From the human T2T-CHM13v2.0 reference genome, Homo sapiens, in assembly GCF_009914755.1 (NCBI RefSeq), contig NC_060925.1: a stretch of DNA of 64,000 bases; one strand, written 5' to 3'. The translations under genes were made by a program, and so were the position numbers. The first letter of the stretch is position 1. Every line of letters starts with the position of its first letter. The notes under the pieces were generated by a model. That model was not told where the DNA came from, ran no database searches, and saw only the letters and a program-made list of their open reading frames with translations. Positions 1 to 22,466 of this stretch are shown here, piece by piece.

Positions 1-130
1 CACCTCCCAGGTTCAAGCAGTTCTCCAGACTCAGCCTCCTAAGTAGCTGGGATTATAGGCACCTGCCACCACGCCCAGCTAATTTTTGTATTTTTAGTGG
101 AGATGGGGCGTGAGCCACTGCTCCTGGCCT
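1..130 (-). mobile_element. Alu fragment
   Basis: Antisense Alu consensus with an internal deletion. Confidence 0.85.
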
Positions 131-554
131 TTAATGCTTCTTTTGTTCTAAACAAATGAAATGGTTTTTAAAAGTTCTCTTAGTATTGGTGCAAAACTTG
201 ATATGCTACAATTCACAAATTCAGAGATTATGACACTAAAAATTATTTTTATACTGGTATTTGACCAGAAATTAACAATTAGTTTTTTTTTAGAAACTGT
301 AAAAGCATCTGTTTTTGTTTTTAGTTCTACTTGACAAGAGATGACATTGCCTTTGGAGAAGAGAATGGACATCTTTCCAAAGCACCAAATTCTTATTGTG
401 GATGAAGTCAGCTCCTCATTGGTGAATTTATATAATGTGTACGTCTGTAACCTTTTGTACAAAGGTAATTTTTGTACCCCAAAAGTATGCATATTGGGCC
501 TCCAAGTTTTTTTAGAATCCATTAAACTTAAGAGATTCTTGACTTGAGTAACCA

Positions 555-585
<31 letters not shown>

Positions 586-631
586 GTGATGGAGGCATGA
601 GATGTGCAAAAGATTAAAAATGAGGTAGTGA

Positions 632-968
<337 letters not shown>

Positions 969-1254
969 CTATATTTATAAGGGAGTTGTGATTTGCAGCC
1001 CACCTAGAACGAAGCAGCTCTAATATGAATGTAAAGCTGTGCCCATCAGCCTGCAGTGTCCTCACCCAAACGCCACCTCCATGGTTTCTTCAAAATGCCA
1101 CTTGTTCTTGCAACGAAAGAGTATGTCTCCTAATAGCCCTGGCCCAGGAAGTGTTAGGAGCACGAGCATAGCATCACGTGATACCACCTACTTACTGAGA
1201 AAATACCAGACTCTAAATAATTTTAATTTTGCACTCACTTTGAGAAAATTTAAA

Positions 1255-1515
1255 AGGCAGAGTAGCGCTGCAGTTAATAATTTGAGCTTTGGAGTCGGAC
1301 CGATTTGGAACTAAATCTGGGCTGTGCTTCTCACTTGCAACTGCTCTTGTGACCTGGGGGACACGTTCCTTACTAAACCTTCTCTTTCCTCACCTGTGAA
1401 ATAGGGATAATAATAGTATCTACTTCATGAGGTTGTCATGAGACTTAAGTGGGAAAAGGTATATAAATTGCTTGGGATAGTGCCAGGTTCATAAGAAAGG
1501 CTCAGTGAATATTAA
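1255..1515 (+). mobile_element. MIR SINE
   Basis: MIR core-like ttcctcacctgtgaaatagggataataatagta. Confidence 0.75.
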
Positions 1516-1720
1516 CAAAAAATAACCATCACCTGGAGTTTTAAATCCAAGTTTAGAGAGACAGCAGAATATTTTCCTTCACCAAAGGATTCGCTAAGGA
1601 TTACTTTTAGAGAAAATACACATTTAAGAATTTGTTTACAGATCCATCTGGGGAGCAGTGAAGTTTATGAAGACATAAGATAAAACATGTTTAAGTTTCT
1701 GCAATTAGAAGAGAAGTATA

Positions 1721-2330
<610 letters not shown>

Positions 2331-3324
2331 AAAAGCATAGTTTGAAAGACAATAGTTCCACATATACAAAATATAGGAACCAAAGTTACCATCTGTTGAT
2401 CGCATGGATGTAAAAAGATGACATCAATTTTTATATAACACCAGGATGATGCCTTTTTTTCTCGAAGTATTTCAGAATGCATTAAATTTAAGAGATTCTT
2501 GACTTGAGGTGAACGCTATTATTTTTCCATGAGATATGGAATGATAAAAGCTGGGTAATGGCTAACACCACTTTGAATGGGCTGCTGATAAAGGAGAAAT
2601 ACTTCCTTGGGCTATTAGATTCATTTGAGAGCAAAGAGGCCAACTGTGGTATCTGGGGTCATCTTGTCATTATTGACACTATAGCACTGCTCTCTGTGTT
2701 TCTTACCATCTCCAGGTCACAAGGACAACCCCAGAGACGCACTCATAGAGAAACCCTGTGCTTGGGGTTTGTCAAGGGGACAAGGGTAAGTGAAAACACG
2801 AAAATGAAAGGGGTTATGGCTACTAGGAAGAACAGGGGAAAGGGTTAAAGGCAGAACTGGCAGTTTAAGAAACACTTTTCATTCAGAGTTCATCATCATT
2901 TACTGATATCATTTGGGGTCTGAATCCTCCTGATGGGTGAACAGTGAGGGGGAAAAATCAGCTTTTAGACTATTTCCAATTCAAATGGAAGCAAAAAGAA
3001 CTACAAGTTGCAAGAAATAGAGAAAAACCCCTTGATGTTGATTCTAGACCTAATTGTTTTAACTGTAAGTTAAATTGTGTTATTTTGTAAGTTACAACAA
3101 GGTTTCCTATGTGTTCTTTGGTGCCATCAGAAACAATCCAACACAGATGGCAACCTTCTTCACTGCTAGATTTCGCCTTAATTTTTAGACTATATGAACA
3201 TGAAAAAAGCCTTTTGCCCAAGAAATTGTGGAAATAATTTTGTGTGAAGGGGAGAGAGGGTCAAAACCAAAGATATTAATAAATGTCCTTAACTTTATTT
3301 GCCAAGTGCACTGGTTGAATATGT

Positions 3325-3550
3325 AGTGGGACAACATAGGCTTTGGAGCCATGCACATCTAAAATCCAATCTTGCTTCTGTCAGCTCTTCGCAAGTGAGC
3401 AAGTCACTCAACTTCTGAGCCTCTATGTTTTCATTTCTAAGCTAGATATAGAGGTATCACTCTCTCAGACAGTAGTTATGAGAATCAAATGAAAAAGCTT
3501 ATGTAAAGGGTCTTGCATAGTTCCTTTAGTGGATAATCAACAAACATTGG
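3325..3550 (+). mobile_element. MIR SINE
   Basis: caagtcactcaacttctgagcctc...atgagaatcaaatga. Confidence 0.7.
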
Positions 3551-5383
3551 CTCCTTCCATTGATTTCTGGCTGTTGTCATACCCAAAACTATTGTTGACT
3601 TCCAGTTGTGGAATCTCCTTCATAGTTATCTAGAGTATCCTACTTTTTATAAAATCATGTATGTCCCCTTAATCCAAATAATCTACTTAGCTAATTATCT
3701 TAAAACAAATTAGCTATTGACTAATAAAATATTATATGAATATAAAACATTGATTAATACTATGTTACAAATATAAAAATATTTAAAATAAAATCTTTTG
3801 TAAATCTAAACCCAAACCCCCTAGTTTTATCATTGACATCCTTCTTTTGCCATCATGACCTACCTGCTAGTCATGTGGCAGAAAAGTAGAGAGAATCAAG
3901 GTATCTGGACTGGGAGACACTATTACTATCACAAAATGAGAGGCTGTTTTGAATATTGAAATGAAGTCTGGAAGAGAACTAAGATTCTTGACCTCTGACA
4001 TGAAGTTATTGTACAACTTGGACCAGTTACAGAATTTCTGAGCCTTAGTTTCCTAATCTGTAAAATGCAAAGAATAGCCTCATACTACTTAGTGTATCTA
4101 GTTGATTTGAATATCAAATAAGATAATGAAGGTACAAATATATAGAAAAATAAAAGGCATTATTGCTGTAATTATGAAGCCATGGACCCACAACCAACAT
4201 GAGTTCTAGAAAGCAAGCACTGTATTTGTGGCCACCAGTATTTAAATGGGTCAGCTTAAGCTTCAGATTGCCTGGACCCCTCCCTGAACCCCTCCCTGCC
4301 TTCCTGTGGTAAGATATCCTGTTCCCTTTGTCCCCTTGGATACAGAGGTAGGCACGTACACCAATCACAGTCCCTCATGCCCTGATCACAATGCTTGGTT
4401 CAAGAGATGGGCACTTGACCCAAGATGGGCCAGAGTTCTTCTTTCGGAATTTTTCAAATGAACCTGGGAGAGAGGTTTCATTTCTTGTCTGGTCATTAAA
4501 CATGAGGATGTGACTTGGAGCCCCTGGTAATCCTGTCTTCCCCTGCTTCTTTCCAATACCCTTCAAACTGCAATAGGAGAGGAAGCAGAAAGAGCTGAGA
4601 GGCAGTGGTAGAGAATCTTTGCTTTCCTTCTTCAATTACGCTCCTAATTTGACTTTTGAATGCTGCACCCTCCTGGTTTTCCTTATATTTCATTGACAGT
4701 TTCCAAAACACTTACATTCTATTGTGTACCTGTAATTCTGAAAGTGGCTTAGCCACAGTTCTATATTCAAATTGATTTGATGCTCACCAACAGTCTTTTC
4801 ATACCATGGCTTTCCAATTTCTGAGCTCATCTTGATTCACATTTTGGTTGACTGGATTTCATCTAGTCTTTTTTTAAAAAAAGAAGAGCTCTTGGGTTAT
4901 CTACATATATATATTTGTTAATGTCATTATGTTGCCATTCATAAATGAGCAAAACTTAGATTAGATGGGTATGAAATTCATAGGTTCGTGTTTTATTTTA
5001 TTTCTGAGAACTGTATAGACATCTCATCATTGTATCTTGACATTGCATGTCGCTGTGGAAAAATCTGAATACAGCCTGATATTTGTCCTCAGGCTTTTTC
5101 TGCCTAGATGCCTGTGGGATTCTTTCTTTATTTTTGATATTTAGCAACTTCTCCAGAATGTATGTATGAATTATTCCATATCAATTTTCCCTTTTGGTAT
5201 GCAAATTTTTATCATCATTTAGTTCAGAAAAAAAATCTTCTATTATATCTTCGAATTTCTTTCATGGGGCACTTGTCTGCTTTCTACATCAGGAAACACC
5301 TAGTGTGTATATTATGCTGCATGTCTGCTCTTTGTTTTCCATATCTATTATCTGTCTTCCAGTTGCTTTAAATTCCTTGATGA

Positions 5384-5670
5384 GGCCAGGCACAGTGGCT
5401 CACGCCTGTAATCCCAACATTTTGGGATGCCAAGGCGGGCGGATCACTTGAGGTGTGGAGTTCAAGACCAGCCTGCCAACATGGCAAAACCCCATCTCTA
5501 CCAAAAATACAAAAATTAGTCAGGCGTGCTGGTGTGTGCCTTTAATCCCAGCTACTCGGGAGGCTGAGCACAAGAATCGCTTGAACCTGGAGGCGGAGGT
5601 TGCAGCGAACTGAGCTCGCGACACTGAACTCCAGCCTGGGTGACAGAGCAAGACTTAGTCTCAAAAAACT
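5384..5670 (+). mobile_element. AluS
   Basis: Alu consensus, short A tail. Confidence 0.9.
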
Positions 5671-7269
5671 AGAATAATTCCTTAATCAATTTCTCCACCC
5701 TGTCTTCTAGCTCACTGATGGTTTTCAGTGGTGCTTATTTTATGCCTCACTGCTTCCTATATGAGTTTCATTTCTGTAATGTTTGTTATCTTTTCCCTAG
5801 CCACCGGAGTTCTGACAGTTCATGTTCATTGTTTTATCTGAAAATTTCTTCTGTCACCTGGGGTAATTATTATTTTTCTTCAATGTATTTTTTCTTCTGC
5901 CTTTTTTGCTGGTTCCTTTTTTAACTTTTTCTTTGTAGTATCTCTATGTAGTTACCATGTTGGATCTTTGCTGATTATCATGCATCTTTGAGTGGGGCAC
6001 TTATATCCAAATCTGCTAACAGTGGGGGAAGGGGTTGAGGGATGGAACAAAATATGCTTCTTCCCATCAGGATAAGTCACTCTGGAGATGGCCTACATGG
6101 TTCACAATGGAGCTGCCCAGTGCAGTTTTTGATTTGTGTTAGGGGAACACTGCATTCCCCCAAGCTTCACATTTCCATGAGGGCGCCTCCAAAGGCCCAT
6201 CACTCTAGACATCTTTCTACCACTCCCCTGACTTTTCCCAGAGGCAGGATCGCTTCTCTGTCCAGTAAGCTTGGGAGAAAGAGTGCAGCATGCTCAGCTA
6301 TCCTCTTCTGGGACTTCTTTTTCAAATTTGCCTTCCCCAGGGACCTGCAATCCTGCTACATGAGAGAAGCTAACTGGGGCAGGTTTTGCCCTGTGGAGGG
6401 AGGCCTGGGACTGGGTGAGGAAGTTTAATTCTGGGGTGGACGATTAGGAAGCTCTTTGCCACTACATGTCTAAGCCATATCCTTCAATATCAGTAATCAG
6501 GTTAATATTTTATGTTCAACTGTCATCCATATCTTATGTTATCAATTGCTTCCAAACCTAGAAGAGTAAGAAATGGGTATTATTTATGTGTCCCTGAAGC
6601 CCTAACATATTGGTAAGTTGGCAGGAACCTTGAGAAAGATAAAGATGAGTATCTACAGGCCAAAGTAACCCATGGAGATTGAGCCTGTGGTAAGCAGCTG
6701 CCAGGTTTTAATGCTTCAGTAAGAGTGAGTCAGGCAGTCAGGCAGTATTTCAACCTTGGCAGGTCGCAGCAGCTTATTGGCTACAGAAGAATGCTGCTGT
6801 CGTAGCTATGGGGCTGTTTTAACAGACCTTAGTGAGCATGAGTTTTTAAGAGCAATTTTTATTACATGCTGCAGTATTACTGTGCAAAGAAAATGAGAGA
6901 GAGTAATTTGCTCTCAGAAACAACAGGCAGACTAAGCTAGAGGATTGGAGAGCTTTCTTGGGGCTAGAAAGATACAAAAAAGAAAAATGCCCACATATCT
7001 AAATACTCTTAAAAGGGGGATGAATTAGATGAGACTGGGGACTAGCAACCAAATAAATCTTTCAGAAGCAGGAAGGCAATATTTCAGATAGTTGCCTGGG
7101 ATTTGGAATGCACCTCTACCATCAGTGGGATACAGATCCAGGCAGCTATTAAAAGCTACCCTCTCAAAGCTGTGAATGCCATCCAAAATAAATGCAATTG
7201 GGGAATACAACAGTTATTCCATGACTGTCCTATCATTATGTGTTGGGTGTGTGGAGGGCAGGTCATGGG

Positions 7270-7578
7270 TTTCTTTTTTTTCCTTTTTTTTTCTTTGAGA
7301 CCAAGTCTCACTCTGTCGCCCAGGCTGCAGTGCAGTGGCCATGATCTTGGATCGCTGCAACCTCCACCCCCCCAGGTTCAAGTGATTCTCCTGCCTCAGC
7401 CTCCCAAGTAGCTGGGATTACAGGCACCTGCCACTGCGCCCAGCTGATTTTTGTATTTTTAGTAGAGAGGGGGTTTCACCATCTTGGCCAGGCTGGTCTT
7501 GAACTCCTGACTTCATGATCCACCCACCTCGGCCAGCCAAAGTGCTGGGATTACAGGTGTGAGCCACCACACCTGGCC
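7270..7578 (-). mobile_element. AluS
   Basis: Antisense Alu consensus. Confidence 0.9.
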
Positions 7579-7804
7579 CATTTCTTTCTTTACTTCACAG
7601 ATCTCCAAATCAAGAGGAAGATAACTCAAGGAGCTGTATCTGAGGAATTGTCCCAGAAGAGCCTCTTTAACCATGGACCCATTCAAGGTGACAAGATCCT
7701 GGACTTGGAGCTCATGCCGCATGGACTGAGATTTTAGGGATCTTAGGGAGGAGTGAGAGTCTTTTGCATGTGGAAGTGATGAGAATCATAGCCAAGGGGC
7801 AAAC

Positions 7805-8382
7805 CGGGCAGATTGTTTTTCTAAAGATGGCCATAATCATATCTCTACTCCACGTTCTCCTAGTCCACATGTTCTTCTACAGGGTGACCTTGATACGCCT
7901 TCCATTCAAAGGCCGACTCTATGTGCTTGACACTCCTTCCATCTTGTCACTTGCTTGCAATCCACAGACTCGAAGGTTGAATCAGAAAAGGCAATGGAGC
8001 TTCTACCTTGTTTGATGGAGCACTCATGCTTGAAACGCTGAGCCACCACACCCAATGTCCTGAGACCACCCTAGTGCAAGGAAGCCAAGACGCAAGGAGC
8101 AGTCACGTGTAGGTGGTCCAGCCAGCAGTCCTATACATTGAGACCTTCCAGCCCGGATGCCAGACCTATAAGTGAATGAGCCTTCAAGTGACTGCAGCCT
8201 CAAGCCATCAAGTCACCCCTAGCCTTTGAGTCTTCCCAGCTGAGGCCTCAGACATCGTGGAAGCACACAGCCTGTTCCCACTGTGTGCTTTCCAAATTCT
8301 AGCCCACTGAACCCCTGGGTTCATAAAACAATTGCTATTTTATGCCAGTACATTTGGGATGGTTTGTTATAGAGTAACTGGA
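7805..8382 (+). mobile_element. MLT1-family (MaLR) LTR
   Basis: MLT1-like ...ccagctgaggcctcagacat... and 3' end tttgggatggtttgttatag...aactggaa. Confidence 0.65.
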
Positions 8383-9326
8383 AGGGAGAACCACCATGTG
8401 AAAGATTGGGAAGCCGTACAAAGGGTCTATAAAGTTTGGAACTATAAGAGAGGAGAAGACAATGGATATTGGCATAGAATATTTAGGGTATTATTAGATG
8501 AGCTTCAAAACAAAATAGTTATTGTGGGGCAGGGTTTTCCCATGTCCTGAGTGAACAGATTAAAAAACAGACAAAGGTAGGATTCTCCTGACAGGCACAG
8601 GAAGGCCGAGACTTACTGAATGGGATCTAGGCAGGACAATAATAGTTTGAGTCCAGGCCTGGGTCGATTTTTGGTTTAATTGGAAAATGCCTTTCAAGTG
8701 AGACTATCTAACTCAGAGAGGTGAGGGTTGATCAGATTTGTTTGGACAACTGTTGCCTTTGGCAGACCCATAAAACCCTGACTTCATTTCTCTCACTGAG
8801 AGTAGAAAAAAATCTGTTTGAATAATAAATATCTGACCCAGAAAACCATGACAAAGTAAAAGGAAGAAAGTCCAATGAAAACGCCAGCCTACAGGAGGTA
8901 GAGAAGGAAAAAGACCAGCTTACGAACTTGATTAAACCATTAACAACCTAACTGAGCCTTCCTGAGAGGAGAAGGAGAACACAGAAGGAAATAAAACACG
9001 AGAAGCACGTTCCAAACTTCAGAATGAGACATTCAGTTGAATGATATGCTTGCAACCTTCAAAAGCTGTGGAAAGATAATGTTTGGAGGAGCATAAAGCA
9101 GAAACAACAAGACAAACTTGAAGCCTTCAAAACAGCTTCAGCTCAGGAGTTTGCTAAGGCTGAACTTCAGATGAATGTGAGCATGAGGGAGCAGCAGGAT
9201 TAGAAGCAGGATTCACAGGTCTAAGCAGTGCTAGAGCTACAGGCAGTCACAGCAGTGAGTATAGATGGTGCCCAAGTGTAGACAGAGCCCAAAGCAGGGG
9301 CTTCAAGTGGAAATGGAATTAAGGAC

Positions 9327-9522
9327 CTTCCTTCCCTTCCTTCCTTCCTCCCTCCCTTCCTCTCTGCCTTCCTCTCTTCTTCCCTTCCTTCCTTCCTTCT
9401 TTCTTTCATTCCTTCCTTCCTTCCTTCTCTCCCTCCCTCCTTTCCTTCCTCCCTTCCTTTCTCCCTTTCTCTCTCTCTCTCTCTCTCTCCCCCTCTCCCC
9501 TTCTCCCTCTCTCATCTCTTTC
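9327..9522 (+). repeat. (CCTT)n/(CT)n polypyrimidine microsatellite
   Basis: Directly visible. Confidence 0.95.
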
Positions 9523-10329
9523 ACATGCTGACTGGAAATGTACCACAAATAAAATCTGCAGCCCAGGATGTCACTGCTGCACATATCTAAACTCTGCAAG
9601 CAAGCAAGAATGTTTTCAATGTCACTCGCTGGGAAAGGATACCATGTGTTTACCAGATAGGAAAACTTGGTGCCATAATCGATCTCCTGTTGTGAAAGCT
9701 CTGCCAGTGGACCTAAGTACCCAGGTCTTGGCCCTGGCCAGGTCTGGCAGATACTGGCTGGTATCTTTGAGAGGCAAAAACCAAGAAGACTTCTTTCCTT
9801 TCTGAGTCTCTGCTGTGGCCATAAAAAGCAATAAAGATGGCCTGGTTTATAGTAAGTGCTAAATTCTGGTAATCTAAATTTTCCTATAACTGTTCTAGCT
9901 CTGGGATAAGGTTTCAGACTTTTTGAAATCTTCAGAAAGTGTGGCAGAAAATAAAAAATGTACTCAAAGGCCAAAAATGAAGTAAAAGTCAAAATCCAGA
10001 AAGGTAAGTTGAAGTCAGAATCTGACTTAAGAGCATCTGTCCAATAAAGACAAATGCTCTAGCCTTGAGTTTTGACAGCCACATGATCATGGATGTTATA
10101 AGAGACAAAACTGAGATCGATGCGAGATGGAGAGTTGGACCAGAGATCCCCTTACAAAGTTTGACTCCTTGATCAAAGGTTGAACCAAAATGAAATGAAC
10201 AATCAAATAAACAAACAAAAACCCGCTGCCCCAAAGGCGACAACAAGGAAACTTGAATCTGTTAGCCTTGGTTGTGGACATAGGGAAAACTACCTCCCAT
10301 GGGAAGTTGAAACTATAATGTGGTCTTCA

Positions 10330-13600
<3,271 letters not shown>

Positions 13601-15028
13601 AGGTGGAGAACATGAAAGTCTTGGTGCTAAACTTATGCAACTTTGGATGCCCTGAAGGAATGGCATCCATTCTAGTGGAAAACAATCCAGACTGAAACTG
13701 CTGAAGGAACTCCAACTCCACCAGGCATGAAACTATACTCAAACTGAGACTGTGCCCAAAAGAGGAAGCTTGGGGGTTTTGTGGTTTTACTTGCCTTTGG
13801 TCTTGCCTTTAGATTAATAACCAGTGGTTTTGATTTCTTTGGCTATTAATACATAAGTTCAAAGATATTTAATTTTGAAATTTAATTTTCTGTTATAATT
13901 TGATAATAGGAAGGGATTCATATTGCTAAAATTTGGGGCATTTTTATATTGCTGACATTGAATTGTTAGCATATCTTGATACTATCACTTTGTGTCACTA
14001 TATAATTGCCAATGAGCAATATTGAACATTTGGGGGCCTCAGAGTTAATTTAACTAGTATACTTACTCTTCTAACCCTTTTCAGTCATTGAGGGTATCTA
14101 AATTGCCAAACCTGTTCCAAAGGATGAAATCCAAAGGAAGCAGTGGTTGATATTGGGAGCACAAGCTTTATGGAAATGCAGCAGTACAGTCCTGATAAAC
14201 TGTTCATCTAGTCCTTCCAGGGGAGCCAGGAGTGAAGGGAACATAAATCTGGAGAGTGTTGGGGGAGACTGCCATTCCTCTTGTCTTGTGTTTCCATGAG
14301 ACGACCACCAGTGTAGCCTCCATTCCCTCCCCAGTCCCCATGTAAGTAGTCACTCTGAGGGTGGAAGGGTCTTCTCTCACTGGCGGGTTAGGTTGAAGAA
14401 ATGGATTAAGCCTGGCTCAGCCCTTCCTGGGCTTCCTCCTTCCAACTGCCTGCCCACTGAGAAGGCACATTCTCTCTGTTCCTGGGCCCACCCCTGCTCT
14501 TCCAGTTGTTGTGCTCTGCTTGTAAGAGGATAGGTGAGTTTACTCCACAGAATTAGTATTAGGAAGCCAATTGTGACATCCAAGCTACACTCTCCAAAAC
14601 AGCTTTTACCAAAAACACTGAGCTACTATTTTCATTGCTATTGGACTTTTATTCCTTATTTCTCAAGTAGTTCCAGATTTATGAATGAAGTTGTTTATTG
14701 GCCCCCAAAAGTCCCAACAATGTGCTCAACTGGCTCTGGTCAGCATGTGTGGAGCTAGTTGCTAGTTCTCCTCTTTCCTCTCCTTCATGACCTTAAGAGA
14801 GTTTCTTCAGGTAAAGAATTCTACAGAAAACAGATGGTCCATTCAGCCAGTTGCCCCTTCAACCTGACTTCTCTGCTGTTCCTTTGTAAGGAGCCAGCCC
14901 CTACCTCCCATTGACCTGATGTAAGGATCATCTTTATTTTATTTCCTATTAAGCTGATACATTTTTAAAGATCTCATGGCAGATGAAGAACAAGAGCATA
15001 GGTATACTTTATCAAAAACTACATCCTC

Positions 15029-15320
<292 letters not shown>

Positions 15321-15355
15321 TTACCTCCTCAAAATTCTCTAAAGACACCTATTCA

Positions 15356-17570
<2,215 letters not shown>

Positions 17571-18136
17571 AAAAATTGGTGTATTTCATAATCATCAGAG
17601 ACAGTTGTACACAATGTTTTCAAAAAGCCACAATGACTATTGTCTCCATCAAAAGAACAAGAAAGAGGCAAAAAATTAGAAATATAATGTCTCCATCTTG
17701 TAAACAGCTAGCCAATAAGAAAACCAAAATAATAAGCTTACTTTCACCCTACCTTCCTGAAAAATCAAGCTTCTCAGCAAAGAAAATGGGGAGTATCATT
17801 ATTCACTAGACAGGACTGCAGGAAAATATTCAAGAGGCAAACTATCTGTTGACAGAAGAGAGGTGCAGTAATACAAAGTCCAGCTCTAACATCAACTTTG
17901 GGTTAGCCATAAAACGGTTGATGCCTCAGTTTCTTCATCTGTATCTTGGAAATTACAGTCTAGTATATGAGCCACATTTGCATTATTTCAATGAGCTACA
18001 TATTGACATTGCATTACCATTAAAGCAGTTTAAAATATGTAGTTTTAAAAGTACAAGTAATGGCCTGCTACAAAATGCCATCTTGAGCACTGAAAGATGG
18101 GGAAGCTAACATTTACAAGAGCCTTCTTAAAAATCT

Positions 18137-19680
<1,544 letters not shown>

Positions 19681-19979
19681 AATATATATTTTTGTTACTG
19701 GTCTATGCTCCTTCTGGTTCATCCCACAAGAGATGCCACTAACCCATCATCAAAACAACACATGTTTTGTACGGTTTGTAGAAATAGTGATGGATCTGCT
19801 GTAACCATATATATGATTAACAATAATAAGAGTCTTGGCAAGGATAAGGTGGCCTGCCAGTTTGTGGATGTGAAATAGAGCAGAGACCTTGTCTGCCAAG
19901 GGATCTTACTAATATTTCATTAGTTCCTCTTCCCTTCAGCCCTTGGACAATCACTACCAGCCACCACCACCACCACCAA

Positions 19980-20180
19980 TGTTACCATTTATTGAGTGTT
20001 CAGTGTATTCCAAGTACTGTGTTGAGTACTTTACACAAATAATATAATTTCATTCTTGCAACATCTCTAAGAGACAGATATTACCAGATTTACAGATGAA
20101 GAAACTGAGGTTTAGAAAGTTTAAGTGACTTTTTGGAGGTCATCTAGCTACTGGAATTAGGATTCAACTTATGGTATGTT
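19980..20180 (-). mobile_element. MIR
   Basis: atttacagatgaagaaactgaggtttagaaagtttaagtgact. Confidence 0.75.
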
Positions 20181-21092
20181 CATTTGCACATTTTAATATG
20201 CCCTTTTGTGATTATTGCCAAATAACTTTCCACAGTCCATAACTGTTTTCCTCTCTGAGGGGAGCCAAGTAGAGTAGAGTCTTTAATTAAGGGCCTGGAC
20301 TCAAAGTTTTAATTTCTTTGTACCCTACTATTAACTAGCTGTATGATTGTGGATTTGTCTGAACCTGTTTTCCTTGTCTAAACAATGGAAATAAATAGCA
20401 AGTATTCTCTCTAGCTAATTATTTTGTACAGTTCTTCAAATGTATGTGATATGATGCTGTTAATTATTCTCTCTATACTCTGACAAAGACTGACAATGCA
20501 CAGATGTCAATATAAACTCATTTTTCATTAAAATTTACCTGATATCAGTCATAGCAGCCTCTGCACATTGGAAAAAAAAATTACTAAGAACAAAGAGATG
20601 GTCTCTTTAACTTCTTTTTTCTTCAGTTGAATTTGGTTTCACAAATGTGAAATAGCACCTATTTTTCTATCTTCCTTTAATCTTTCTTATTTACTCCCCG
20701 TAACTAATCCAGACCCCTTCACGGGACAACAAGAGAAGTAAGAGGTTAGGTAAGCTGTCAGGAACGTAGCAAAAGAGCTGTGAGGGAATTTATTAGGTCT
20801 CTACCATGGGACAGATACTGTGATCTGTGGTGTGTGCATTCTTATCACCGAATCCTCATGTGGAAGTTAATTGATCAACAGCTGTGACAGTGCTTGGAAA
20901 ACAATGGTTACTGTCAGATATAGACAAAATGCAAAGTAAAGCTGGTGGGAATTAAGCATCATGTTTCTTTAAATTATTTAATAATTATCACAAATTCCCA
21001 ATCATTACCATTCTGCCTCCGATCTAGAAAGGGAACTCAGGTAACCTATGCCTAGAAAACCTTCCCTTTTCTAGTTTGAAAAGCCACCTTCA

Positions 21093-21768
<676 letters not shown>

Positions 21769-22102
21769 TCAAATTTTATTTACTCCATAGTATTTGCTAC
21801 TGGTAGAGAGACAGCAAATTCCCCTTTGCCTCTCCTAAAATTCTTGGCCTTGCCTACTCTGCTTGTCACTGAATAAAATTTCCTCTATGACAAAAGGAAA
21901 CCTGACTTGTTTCAGCGGCTACAGGACTGTCCACGTGAAAAGCCCATGTCAGGCTATAGTACTGAGTCTTAACTAGAAGCTTGCATGAGCAACTAATCAG
22001 CAGTGTGTTAAAACCTTCTGCAACAATACACTTTGCTGGATGCTGTGCTGTCACTGCCTCTAGCGAGTTGGTTGGAGAAACATAATGCCAGAACCGTGAT
22101 TA

Positions 22103-22466
<364 letters not shown>

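Noticed and set aside
148-555. 135-aa minus-strand ORF
   Set aside because: No recognisable family; antisense to the LRR-like relic and probably a shadow ORF
9221-9992. ORFs up to 229 aa with E/G/R/K-rich tails
   Set aside because: Driven by the (CCTT)n microsatellite
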